DNA of 64,000 nucleotides, from the NCBI GenBank assembly GCA_964652235.1, contig CAZZDK010000002.1, positions 38,675 to 102,674 on the forward strand, given 5' to 3'. The notes beneath the pieces were generated by a model. It was not told the DNA's origin. It ran no database searches and saw nothing but the letters and a program-made list of their open reading frames with translations. The DNA comes from an uncultured Rhodospirillaceae bacterium (GTDB taxonomy: Bacteria; Pseudomonadota; Alphaproteobacteria; UBA9219). The position numbers and the translations under genes are program-made. How positions within the stretch are numbered: position 1 is the stretch's first letter; every line of letters begins with the position of its first letter. This document shows positions 1-8,666 of this stretch, in pieces.

Positions 1-100
1 TAAAACACTCACTAACTCCCCCACACTCACTAACGTCCGAAAACACAAAAGATTTTCGAGGTGAGTGTGCAGGTGAGTGTCAAACCCAACACTCATGCGC
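1..100. promoter_or_regulatory. Operator-like repeat cluster: two direct CACTCACTAAC copies and two inverted GGTGAGTGT copies upstream of the first phage ORF
   Basis: Motif ACACTCAC occurs four times (2 direct, 2 inverted) within the first 100 bp, upstream of the rightward early operon starting at 220. Confidence 0.35.
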
Positions 101-219
101 CGCCGCCATGCCCGCATGGCTTGAAGGCATGGGCGATCAATTCTCGCCCGCCATGGCCGAGGCCATAGCCGCGCAAACCGCGCCCCAACCATCCCCACCA
201 AACGAAGGAGGAATGAACG

Positions 220-537
220 ATGAGGACTGATCCGATCAAAGCCCGTGATGCCAACATCTACTGGCGCTATTCCCACACAGGCCGCGTCTATGACGTGCGC
301 GTGCGTGATCGCTACGATCTGGGCGAAAGCCGCGTCACGTCAAGCGGCGCGTTCTGGACGGGCTGGAAACATGCCCGCGCCACAAGCCCCGAAGCCTTGT
401 TCGGTGAAATGCTCTTCCGCTTTGGCTTCACCACGCTTGAAGAAACGCGGATCGCTCTTTTGCAATTCGCCAAGATCGACAATTGCCAATGGGCACGCGA
501 CATGCTGGAGGCCCGCACCTACGGGAGGGTCGCATGA
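220..537 (+). CDS. Hypothetical phage early protein
   Basis: 105-aa ORF with AAGGAGGA ribosome-binding site (SD) upstream (199-209); stop overlaps next ATG (ATGA at 534-537). Confidence 0.4.
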   Translation: MRTDPIKARDANIYWRYSHTGRVYDVRVRDRYDLGESRVTSSGAFWTGWKHARATSPEALFGEMLFRFGFTTLEETRIALLQFAKIDNCQWARDMLEARTYGRVA

Positions 538-965
538 GCAAAGGCAAGAACCTCACCCTCAAAGACGTCTCTGACCGCATCGATCAAGCGGCGCACACCA
601 TGCGCAAGCTGCCCAAGGTCGCCGTGAAGGGGTATTTTAACGTGTGGCCCGCTATCGTCCGCGAAGCGATGGAAGCGTATGGATGGGACGAGATGCATGT
701 CCAACCCGGCCCGCCTTCCGCCCGCCAGATCACGGAGATGGATGAAGTCATGCTTTGGCTCATGTGGTTGGAGCGCGACGAGGTGCGTATCGTTTGGCTT
801 CGCGCCAACGGCATTCGCTGGAAGCGCATCGGGCTTGAGACGGGCTGGTCGGTGCGAAAACTGCAGTACGATTGGCGAATCGCTCTCATGAAACTCGTGC
901 ATCGCTTGAACAATCCGAACGAGAAAATCACGCTTCCTTACAAGCGGCGTATCCAAGGCGGATAA
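534..965 (+). CDS. Hypothetical phage protein (HTH-like, conserved in alphaproteobacterial prophages)
   Basis: ORF 483..965; internal ATG at 534 translationally coupled to upstream ORF; no motif recognised with certainty. Confidence 0.35.
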   Translation: MSKGKNLTLKDVSDRIDQAAHTMRKLPKVAVKGYFNVWPAIVREAMEAYGWDEMHVQPGPPSARQITEMDEVMLWLMWLERDEVRIVWLRANGIRWKRIGLETGWSVRKLQYDWRIALMKLVHRLNNPNEKITLPYKRRIQGG

Positions 966-1114
966 ACAAAAATGCGCAATCGATCTTTAAGCGATTTATT
1001 TGATTGGCAAACCCCATGCGCGTTTTAGTTCTGCGTGTTTTGCGCATTTTCTGGCATGGTTTTGATTATGGTCAGGAGAGTTGCGGACGGGCCAAGCGGC
1101 TTCAACGGCCCAAA

Positions 1115-1400
1115 ACACCGTCCGATACCATCGGACACCCTCCAACACCTTCGCACAGAGGCCGACACCTTCGGGACATGGTCGAACATCATCCGACATC
1201 ATGCGGATAGGATCGCCACTTTGAGCAATCTTAGGACGTTCCCGGCATGGAAACGCATCAAAGATTGCCAGATCAGCGGGACACTATCTGACACCCTTCA
1301 ACACTATCGAACACCATCCGACATCGTTCGACATTGTCGGGACACCTTCGACACTATCGGACATCATCGAACAGTATCGCACATGATGTGACATGATTGG
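1115..1400. repeat. Iteron-like array: about 20 degenerate copies of a 9-10 bp unit (A/T)TCG(G/A)ACA(C/T)C spaced about 10 bp apart, in two clusters (1115-1200 and 1275-1395)
   Basis: Read directly: CCGATACC, ATCGGACACC, GCCGACACC, TTCGGGACAT, GTCGAACATC, ATCCGACATC ... ATCGAACACC, ATCCGACATC, GTTCGACATT, GTCGGGACACC, TTCGACACT, ATCGGACATC, ATCGAACAG; the ORFs predicted across it (1004..1210, 1035..1391) are repeat artefacts. Confidence 0.6.
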
Positions 1401-1628
1401 CCACGCCAAAGCCGCAACGGATACGGCTGCACCGCCCATCCCTTTGAATACAAAAGGTACTTCCCGCCGCATACCCTATGCGGGCGGGCGAGGCCCGATA
1501 GAACCCTACATATAGGGATAAAAAACGGGAAGCCATCCACATGTTGTGGTTTGAAAGGCTCCCCGATAAACACCAAGAAAACAAAAACTTAGCTGCCGCC
1601 TTGAGCGGCTTCCTTTGCATGGATTCTT

Positions 1629-2825
1629 TTGAAGCAGGAATCCGGCCTCCTTAACGCGAGGTTTTCTTTGAATGGTCTGGCTCTATCTGCCGCCGGAGGC
1701 GATCACGCATGCCCAAAAGGGCGCGCGCTGTTCGGCCTCTCGCTCTGCGCGGGTGCGGGCGGGCTTGACCTCGGCCTCCACCTTGCGCTGCCAGACTATC
1801 GAACTGTTTGTTACGTTGAGCGGGAAAGCTACGCCGCATCCTCTCTCGTGGCGCGGATGGAAGACGAGGCCTTGGATCGCGCGCCTGTCTGGGACGATGT
1901 TAAAACCTTCCGAGGCAAAGCGTGGCGCGGCGCGGTGGATATCATCCATGGCGGTTATCCATGCCAGCCATTCTCGATTGCAGGCCGTCAACTTGGCGAC
2001 AAAGACCCGCGCCATCTCTGGCCGGATATCGCGCGGATCGTCCGCGAGATTAAACCGCCCATCTGCTTCTTTGAAAATGTCGGCGGACATTTACGACTGG
2101 GGTTCGAGCAAGTCCACGATGACCTTTGCCGCATGGGTTATCGCGTTAAGGCAGGGTTGTTTACGGCGGAGGAAGTCGGCGCGCCTCATAAACGTGAACG
2201 GTTGTTCATCTTGGCCTACCGTGAGGGTGTCTTCGGCGAACGGGGCCTCACGCAAAGAGATCTCGGCTGGGAACCCGAAGGGGCGGTTGGAAGTGAGCGC
2301 GCAGCTTTGGCTAACCCCGCGCGCGCAGGAGACGACCGAGAAGCAGGAGAGCTTCATAAGGCGCAACGGCGACCGGACGGATCGGTGCTTCGGGTCATTA
2401 ACGGCGCAGACGACGCGATGGCCGACGCCGCGCGCACAGGAGCCCGGAAGCACAAGCGTGGATCACGGCCTCAGCCTAACCGAGGCCAGCAAGGCATGGC
2501 CGACACCCCAATCGACGGATTACAGGGATCGGGGCAATCTCTCGAACCCATGCATCCAGCGGCGGATGGCCATGGGGAAGCAGGTCAACCTGTCCATGAT
2601 GGCGCATCCGATGGCGTACCAGTCTGGCCGCCAGCCCCAGCCAATCACAACGGATGGGAAGGAGTCCCAGCCAGTCTTAAACCCGCTGTTTGTCGAATGG
2701 CTGATGGGCTGGCCTATCGGGTGGACAGACTCCGTCTTTGCGGCAACGGCGTGGTGCCGTTGGTCGCGGCTTATGCGTTTTGCACTCTGGCAACTGAAGC
2801 CATCACAGAAAACGAAACAGAATGA
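1629..2825 (+). CDS. DNA (cytosine-5)-methyltransferase (Dcm family)
   Basis: Motif I LFGLSLCAGAGGLDLGL, catalytic PCQ motif GGYPCQPFSIAG, motif VI-like ENV (CFFENVGG); start codon uncertain (TTG at 1629 in ORF track). Confidence 0.8.
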   Translation: MKQESGLLNARFSLNGLALSAAGGDHACPKGRALFGLSLCAGAGGLDLGLHLALPDYRTVCYVERESYAASSLVARMEDEALDRAPVWDDVKTFRGKAWRGAVDIIHGGYPCQPFSIAGRQLGDKDPRHLWPDIARIVREIKPPICFFENVGGHLRLGFEQVHDDLCRMGYRVKAGLFTAEEVGAPHKRERLFILAYREGVFGERGLTQRDLGWEPEGAVGSERAALANPARAGDDREAGELHKAQRRPDGSVLRVINGADDAMADAARTGARKHKRGSRPQPNRGQQGMADTPIDGLQGSGQSLEPMHPAADGHGEAGQPVHDGASDGVPVWPPAPANHNGWEGVPASLKPAVCRMADGLAYRVDRLRLCGNGVVPLVAAYAFCTLATEAITENETE

Positions 2826-4051
2826 ACTCTTCAACGACGCATAGTCTTGCCAGCAAGATTGAGCTTTGGGATGTGGAAAGGCTTGTGCCTTATGCGAACA
2901 ATCCACGCACGCATTCGGAAACGCAGATTGCAAAGGTCGCGGCCAGCATCGCACGCTTCGGTTTTGTGAATCCCATCTTGGTGGACGCATCAGCCAATGT
3001 CATTGCAGGCCATGGGCGATTACAAGCGGCCAAGCAACTGGCTCTAAAGGAAGTGCCCGTCATTATCCTCGATCATTTGAACGAGGATGAGAAACGGGCT
3101 TACGTCATCGCCGACAATCAGTTGGCCCTTGAGGCCGGATGGGACGACGATCTGCTAAAAGCGGAACTGGGCGCGCTTGCGGAGGTAGATTTCGATTTAT
3201 CCGTCATCGGTTTTTCGGATAAAGAATTGGCAGAGCTTCTGGAAGGTCTGGAAGGCACAGAAGGCAACACGGACGATGATGCCGTGCCGGAAACGCCCAA
3301 CGATCCGAAAACAAAGCCCGGCGATATTTATGTCCTCGGCAATCACCGCTTGCTTTGCGGCGACAGCACGATTCTTGAAAACGTCGAGCGCGTCCTTGAC
3401 GGCGCGCTGGCCGATATGGTGTTCACGGATCCGCCCTACAACGTCGATTACGGCAATACTGCCAAGGACAAAATGCGCGGCAACAACCGCACGATTATGA
3501 ACGACAATCTTGGTGAAGGGTTTGAGGCGTTCCTTTACGATGCATGCGTCAATATGATCGCGGTCTGTAAAGGCGCGATCTATGTTTGCATGTCGTCCAG
3601 CGAATTGCACACGCTTCAAAAAGCCTTCATCGCAGCGGGCGGCAAATGGTCGACCTTCGTGATCTGGGCAAAGAACACTTTCACGTTGGGACGATCCGAC
3701 TACCAGCGTCAGTATGAGCCGATCCTCTACGGCTGGAAGCAAGGCACGGATCATTTCTGGTGCGGCGCGCGCGATCAAGGCGACGTGTGGTTCGTCAACA
3801 AGCCGACGAAGAACGATTTGCATCCGACCATGAAGCCCGTTGAACTTGTCGAACGCGCCGTCCGTAACAGCAGCAAGAGCCGTGACATCGTTCTGGATTG
3901 CTTCGGCGGCTCCGGCAGCACACTCATCGCTTGCGAGAAAACTGGCCGTCAAGCAAGGCTAATCGAATTGGATCCCAAATATTGCGACGTGATCGTTCAG
4001 CGATGGGAAGAGTTTACGGGCAAGAAGGCCGAGTTGGTCTCAGCGGATTAA
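2822..4051 (+). CDS. ParB-like nuclease domain fused to DNA N6-adenine/N4-cytosine methyltransferase (DPPY class)
   Basis: N-terminal ParB/Srx-like region (NPILVD...GHGR), catalytic DPPYNVDY motif, C-terminal FGGSGST motif; ATGA overlap with upstream MTase. Confidence 0.8.
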   Translation: MNSSTTHSLASKIELWDVERLVPYANNPRTHSETQIAKVAASIARFGFVNPILVDASANVIAGHGRLQAAKQLALKEVPVIILDHLNEDEKRAYVIADNQLALEAGWDDDLLKAELGALAEVDFDLSVIGFSDKELAELLEGLEGTEGNTDDDAVPETPNDPKTKPGDIYVLGNHRLLCGDSTILENVERVLDGALADMVFTDPPYNVDYGNTAKDKMRGNNRTIMNDNLGEGFEAFLYDACVNMIAVCKGAIYVCMSSSELHTLQKAFIAAGGKWSTFVIWAKNTFTLGRSDYQRQYEPILYGWKQGTDHFWCGARDQGDVWFVNKPTKNDLHPTMKPVELVERAVRNSSKSRDIVLDCFGGSGSTLIACEKTGRQARLIELDPKYCDVIVQRWEEFTGKKAELVSAD

Positions 4052-4557
4052 ACACAGTCAAACCAGCGCATGCAAGTTTGAAGCATGTGATCGTAATCGC
4101 CGCTTCTTGCTTCGGTCATAAACGCCTTGATCTCATCTTCTGGCAGGTAAGCCCTCCGCGCTTCGCGTTGACAGCGTCCAAGGATCGCAAAGGAGTTGCC
4201 GTCCCGACCAGACAAATAGATCCGCACTTCGGGATAGCGGCAGCTGGGGGTCGGTACGCGCAGACCGACATAGCGGCCATAGGCTGAGCCAGAGGGGTCG
4301 ACATAGAGTGTTTGCCGCTCCGGCGCGGTAACCTCGACGACTTGGCGCTTCAGGTTGAGATATCCGCCTTTGCCCGCAAGCCATGCACGGTCACGAAGCG
4401 GCGCGTGGGTAAAGGCATCGTACTCATCTGCGGTAAGCTCTATGGTTTCCGCAATCACAACACGGCTGCCGAGATCGTCTGTGTTTCTGGCTGCTGAAAT
4501 GACCTCGTCAAAACGATAGGGTTTGCGGGCAAGACGGACGAAGATTTCTTCGGACAT
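4048..4557 (-). CDS. Hypothetical phage protein
   Basis: ORF 4048..4641; likely start MSEEIF at 4557 preceded by AAGGAGG SD. Confidence 0.45.
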   Translation of the reverse strand: MSEEIFVRLARKPYRFDEVISAARNTDDLGSRVVIAETIELTADEYDAFTHAPLRDRAWLAGKGGYLNLKRQVVEVTAPERQTLYVDPSGSAYGRYVGLRVPTPSCRYPEVRIYLSGRDGNSFAILGRCQREARRAYLPEDEIKAFMTEARSGDYDHMLQTCMRWFDCV

Positions 4558-4568
4558 AGGGGGCCTCC

Positions 4569-5036
4569 TTATTTGGTTTCTTGGCCAAGCATGCCGCGCA
4601 CCCATTCGATGGCATCGGACTGGGTTCCGTCGACGCTCCACTCGCCCACATCTTGAATGCGCGGGTTGGCCTTGTCGTAGGAGCGGCTGTTTTTGTAGTT
4701 GTAAATCTGAACCGAAATCTCAGGCGTTAGATCAACGGCCCAAACCGCTTCGGTCTTGTAGCCGTCGCCTTCCATCGGCTTGCCGAAAGCGGCAACCAGC
4801 TCGTCGTAGCTGGCGTTAATGGCCCCAAGAAGAGCCATCGCAGGAACGCCGCGCGTGGGGCGTGCGACTGCTTTCCGACTGGCTTTCTTTCCGGCATCGT
4901 AAGCGGCCTGCAGCGCTTTCTTGATGCCTCTGACATTGCAGGCTGGAAAATCGAGACTGTCACGATTGCGCGGCTCCAGCGTTCCGACGCAAAGATATTC
5001 TTTGGCAATCTTTTCAAAAAGGGCATCGGTGTTCAT
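4569..5036 (-). CDS. Hypothetical phage protein
   Basis: ORF 4569..5186; internal ATG (MNTDALFEK) at 5036 preceded by GGAGGA SD. Confidence 0.45.
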   Translation of the reverse strand: MNTDALFEKIAKEYLCVGTLEPRNRDSLDFPACNVRGIKKALQAAYDAGKKASRKAVARPTRGVPAMALLGAINASYDELVAAFGKPMEGDGYKTEAVWAVDLTPEISVQIYNYKNSRSYDKANPRIQDVGEWSVDGTQSDAIEWVRGMLGQETK

Positions 5037-5046
5037 GTCATCCTCC

Positions 5047-5262
5047 TTATCGGCTGCCTTGGTGCAAGGCCATCGCTGCGGCAAAAAGAGCCTGCGTTTC
5101 GGGCAAGCGTTTTTCAAAATCAAGCACCGTGCCGATGGCGAGATTTTGATTACCTTCTTCCATCGCCTTATGGGCTTCTTTGGCAAGTTCCGCCGCCTCG
5201 GTCAGGCGCTGCGATAACGCAGCGAGGTTGGCGGCGATGGCAGTTTGAATAGCGTTGGTCAT
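5047..5262 (-). CDS. Small hypothetical protein (71 aa)
   Basis: ATG at 5262 with GGAAGGA SD; alanine-rich helical. Confidence 0.4.
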   Translation of the reverse strand: MTNAIQTAIAANLAALSQRLTEAAELAKEAHKAMEEGNQNLAIGTVLDFEKRLPETQALFAAAMALHQGSR

Positions 5263-5408
5263 TTTTTGTCCTTCCGTTTAATGCGTTTCTCATTACATGG
5301 TGATGATCGCTCTTCGTCGCAAGATTATCCACTCAATTAGGGATCATATGATTGCGAAGAACAGCGCGGGTTGATTGTTTGATAATCAGCCCACGCCGTT
5401 CGATCCTT

Positions 5409-5837
5409 TCATTGCTTGGTTCCCACGATTTTGTAGCTGCGCGTCCCGCCTTTCGGCTTTTCGGAAACGATTTGGTAACCACGTTTCTTGCCGAGCGCGT
5501 GCGAGATCGCGGCGCGCGCGGTGTGTTTTTGCCAGCCCGTGACTTCAAGGATTTCATCAAGGGTTGCGCCTTCAGGCCGTTTCATCAATTCGCTTATGCG
5601 AACCAGCTTGGTGAGCTTGCCTTCAGGTTTTTGCTTTTGCTCGTCAGACTCCATGGCCTCGACGGCGGCAAGACCAGCCTGCATCGGCGCAGAGAGTTTG
5701 CTTTCATCGATGGGGCTGCGCGCCTTACCGATGCCTTTAGGCTTGGGTAGGTCGTTGGTTTTTGCCTTGGGTTTAATCGCTGCCTTGACGATGGTTTTCG
5801 GCTTCAGTTTGCTAACTTTGCTTGGTTTTTTGGACAT
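5409..5837 (-). CDS. DUF3489-like protein
   Basis: Lys/Pro-rich N-terminus and C-terminal EGATLDEILEVTGWQKHTARAAIS...KKRGY signature typical of DUF3489; start MSKKPSK at 5837 with GGAGG SD. Confidence 0.45.
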   Translation of the reverse strand: MSKKPSKVSKLKPKTIVKAAIKPKAKTNDLPKPKGIGKARSPIDESKLSAPMQAGLAAVEAMESDEQKQKPEGKLTKLVRISELMKRPEGATLDEILEVTGWQKHTARAAISHALGKKRGYQIVSEKPKGGTRSYKIVGTKQ

Positions 5838-5983
5838 GGTTTGTGTCCTCCTTTCATGCGCCATGAACGCTTCATTCGCGGCGTTTATCCACTCAATTAT
5901 GAGCAATCAGATGGCTTTCTTCGGCTTATTCCGATCATTTGATGATCGCAGCGCGGGGACGCTGGGGCGCAGGAAAATGACAT

Positions 5984-6520
5984 ATGGGAGTCAGTCAACG
6001 AGAATTCGCGGCGCTGTGGGGCAAAAGTCGCGGCGCGGTGCAAAAAGCCATCGCATCGGGCCGTATTTCGCCTGAAGCCGATGGGACAATCGATCCCGAC
6101 AAAGCTCTTGCTGCATTGCGCGTCAACACAGATCCTTCGCAGGTGCGCGGCAAGAAGCGCGTCCCGAAGGCGGCCATCCAATCGGTACAGGAAACGTTGC
6201 AGGAAGCGGGTCATGCCGTCAGCGGCGGGAACAATTTTGTTCAGGCGCGAACGGCAAACGAGGTTCTTAAGGCCCAAGAGCGCAAGCTGCGCGTTCAAAA
6301 GCTCAAAGGCGAATTAATTGATCGCTCTTTGGCGACGGCTCTTGTTTATCAGCTTGCGCGGCAAGAACGCGATGCTTGGCAGATGTGGCCAACCCGCGTG
6401 GCGGCGGCACTTGCCGCAGAAATCGGCGCGGACACGCACTGCGTGCAAACCGCCCTTGAGAAATTTGTGCGCGAGCATTTGGCGCAGCTTGCCGACATCC
6501 AGATCGATTTACGCGCATGA
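5984..6520 (+). CDS. Terminase small subunit (HTH)
   Basis: N-terminal HTH (REFAALWGKSRGAVQKAI), position immediately upstream of and overlapping large terminase. Confidence 0.5.
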   Translation: MGVSQREFAALWGKSRGAVQKAIASGRISPEADGTIDPDKALAALRVNTDPSQVRGKKRVPKAAIQSVQETLQEAGHAVSGGNNFVQARTANEVLKAQERKLRVQKLKGELIDRSLATALVYQLARQERDAWQMWPTRVAAALAAEIGADTHCVQTALEKFVREHLAQLADIQIDLRA

Positions 6521-8451
6521 TCGCCATTAATGAAACACTCGCCTCGTTCGACGGTGCGGACGAGCTTCTGCGCTTCTGGGCAAACGGCCTCACGCCCGAT
6601 CCCGATCACACGGTTTCGAGCTGGGCCGATGAAAACCGCATTCTCTCGCCGCGCGGCGCGAACGAAGCTGGGCCGTGGCGCACCGAGCGAACGCCTTACT
6701 TGCGCGAGATCATGGATTCATGGTCGCCATCTTCGCCTTATCAGCGCATCGTATTGATGAAAGGGGCGCAGCTTGGCGGCTCGGAATGCGGCAACAATTT
6801 CATCGGCTACGTTATTCATCACGCACCGGGGCCGATGCTGGCCGTGCAGCCGACCGTCGAACTTGCCCGGCGTTTTAGTCAGCAACGCATCGATCCTTTG
6901 ATCGAGGAAAGCGCCGTGCTGCGTGAACGCGTGGCACCTTCGCGGGCGCGGGACAGCGGCAACACGATTTTATCGAAGGAGTTTCCCGGCGGCATTCTGG
7001 TCATGACAGGCGCGAACAGCGCGGTCGGCCTGCGCTCGATGCCCGCACGGTATTTATTTCTGGACGAGATCGACGCCTATCCCGCAAGTGCAGGCGAAGA
7101 AGGCGATCCCGTCACGTTGGCCGAGGCGAGAACGCGTACCTTTTCATGGCGGCGTAAAGTGTTCTTGTGCTCCACGCCGACGATCAAAGGTATCTCGCGC
7201 ATCGAGCGGGAATATGAAGCCAGCGACAGGCGCAGATATTTCGTGCCGTGCCCCTTTTGCGGCCACAAACAAATCCTGCTGTTCGAGCGGCTGCGTTGGG
7301 AAAAAGGAAAGGCGGGAACCGTTGCCTATTATTGCGATGACTGCGAAGCGCGGATTGAGGAGCACCACAAGACGCGGATGCTGGCTGATGGAGAATGGCG
7401 GGCCGAGCGGGCGAGCGATGATCCTTTAACGGTCGGCTTTCATATCTCAAGCCTTTACTCGCCCTATGGCTGGCTGAGTTGGGAGCGGATCGCCCGCGAT
7501 TGGGACTCCTCGCAAGGAAAAGACGAAGCCATGAAAAGCTTCAAAAACAGCGTGCTTGGCGAGACATGGGCCGAGAGCGGCGAAGCGCCGGATTGGCAGG
7601 TTCTCTCGGATCGGTGCGAGGCTTACCGGATCGGAACGGTTCCCGCAAAAGGCTTGTTTCTTACAGCGGGCGCGGACGTTCAAAAAGACCGCATCGAGGT
7701 TGATATCTGGGCATGGGGGCGCGGCCTCGAAAGCTGGCTTGTCGAGCATATCGTCATTCACGGCGGGCCGGACGATCAATCGGCATGGCGGGCGATGACC
7801 GATCTGCTGGTACGGACATGGTCGCATGAAAACGGCCCCCGGCTCTCTATCGCCAAACTGGCTATCGACTCCGGCTTCGAGGCCCCTGCTGTCTACGCAT
7901 GGACACGGCGCATGGGCGCGGGCCAAGTGATCGCCGTCAAAGGCATGGAAAGCTTCAATCGCGCAAGCCCTGTCTCCGGTCCGACTTATGTTGATGCAAC
8001 AGAAGGCGGACGCAAGATCAAGCGCGGCGCGAAACTCTGGATCGTCGCGGGATCGACTTTCAAAACGGAGACCTATCGTTTCTTGCGCCTTGCACGTCCT
8101 ACCAGAGAAGAACTTCAGGAAGGCGCGGCCTTCCTTCCCGGCAGCGTCCATCTGCCGGACGGCATTGATACCGAATGGATCAAGCAGCTCACGGCGGAGC
8201 AGCTTGTGACCGTCAAAACCAAGCGAGGCTTCACGCGGCTTGAATGGCAGAAGCTGCGTGAACGTAACGAAGCGCTCGATTGCCGCGTTTACGCCCGCGC
8301 CGCTGCTTGGCTTCTTGGCATTGACCGATTTTCGGAAGGCAGATGGGCAAGTCTTGAGGCAAGCGTCCAGAGGGTGGCGGATCACGATGAAGAGACGCAG
8401 GTCAAGAAACCCCTTCCTGCCAGACGCGTTATTCGGAGCAGCTATCTATGA
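6517..8451 (+). CDS. Terminase large subunit (lambda gpA family)
   Basis: 644 aa, Walker A-like KGAQLGGSECG, size and synteny (small terminase - large terminase - gpW - portal). Confidence 0.8.
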   Translation: MIAINETLASFDGADELLRFWANGLTPDPDHTVSSWADENRILSPRGANEAGPWRTERTPYLREIMDSWSPSSPYQRIVLMKGAQLGGSECGNNFIGYVIHHAPGPMLAVQPTVELARRFSQQRIDPLIEESAVLRERVAPSRARDSGNTILSKEFPGGILVMTGANSAVGLRSMPARYLFLDEIDAYPASAGEEGDPVTLAEARTRTFSWRRKVFLCSTPTIKGISRIEREYEASDRRRYFVPCPFCGHKQILLFERLRWEKGKAGTVAYYCDDCEARIEEHHKTRMLADGEWRAERASDDPLTVGFHISSLYSPYGWLSWERIARDWDSSQGKDEAMKSFKNSVLGETWAESGEAPDWQVLSDRCEAYRIGTVPAKGLFLTAGADVQKDRIEVDIWAWGRGLESWLVEHIVIHGGPDDQSAWRAMTDLLVRTWSHENGPRLSIAKLAIDSGFEAPAVYAWTRRMGAGQVIAVKGMESFNRASPVSGPTYVDATEGGRKIKRGAKLWIVAGSTFKTETYRFLRLARPTREELQEGAAFLPGSVHLPDGIDTEWIKQLTAEQLVTVKTKRGFTRLEWQKLRERNEALDCRVYARAAAWLLGIDRFSEGRWASLEASVQRVADHDEETQVKKPLPARRVIRSSYL

Positions 8452-8654
8452 CCTACACGACCACGCAACGCGACGCTTTGCGCGCCGCGATTGCAAGCGG
8501 CGTCCTGCGCCTTTCCTATGACGGCAAGAGCGTCGAATACCGCTCTTTGGCCGATCTGAAGGCGGCCTTGGCGGAAGTGGAGCAAGGACTCGCCAAAGAC
8601 AGCGGCCAGCCGCAAACGCGACGGATCAAGATTTACGCCGACAAAGACCTTTAA
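8448..8654 (+). CDS. Head-tail joining protein (gpW-like)
   Basis: 68 aa, same size and position as lambda W between terminase and portal. Confidence 0.55.
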   Translation: MTYTTTQRDALRAAIASGVLRLSYDGKSVEYRSLADLKAALAEVEQGLAKDSGQPQTRRIKIYADKDL

Positions 8655-8666
8655 GAAGGGTTTCTC

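Noticed and set aside
1004-1391. ORFs 1004..1210 and 1035..1391 predicted across the repeat array
   Set aside because: Their translated sequences are driven by the tandem DNA repeats (DTLQH, TPSDI reiterations). No SD or start context was found, so they were treated as non-coding repeat DNA.
1100-1400. Possible CRISPR array
   Set aside because: The units are only about 9-10 bp with no unique spacers of CRISPR size. There are no cas genes.
1672-2844. Alternative-frame 390-aa ORF overlapping the C5-MTase
   Set aside because: It has no recognisable motifs, whereas the 1629 frame carries all Dcm motifs.
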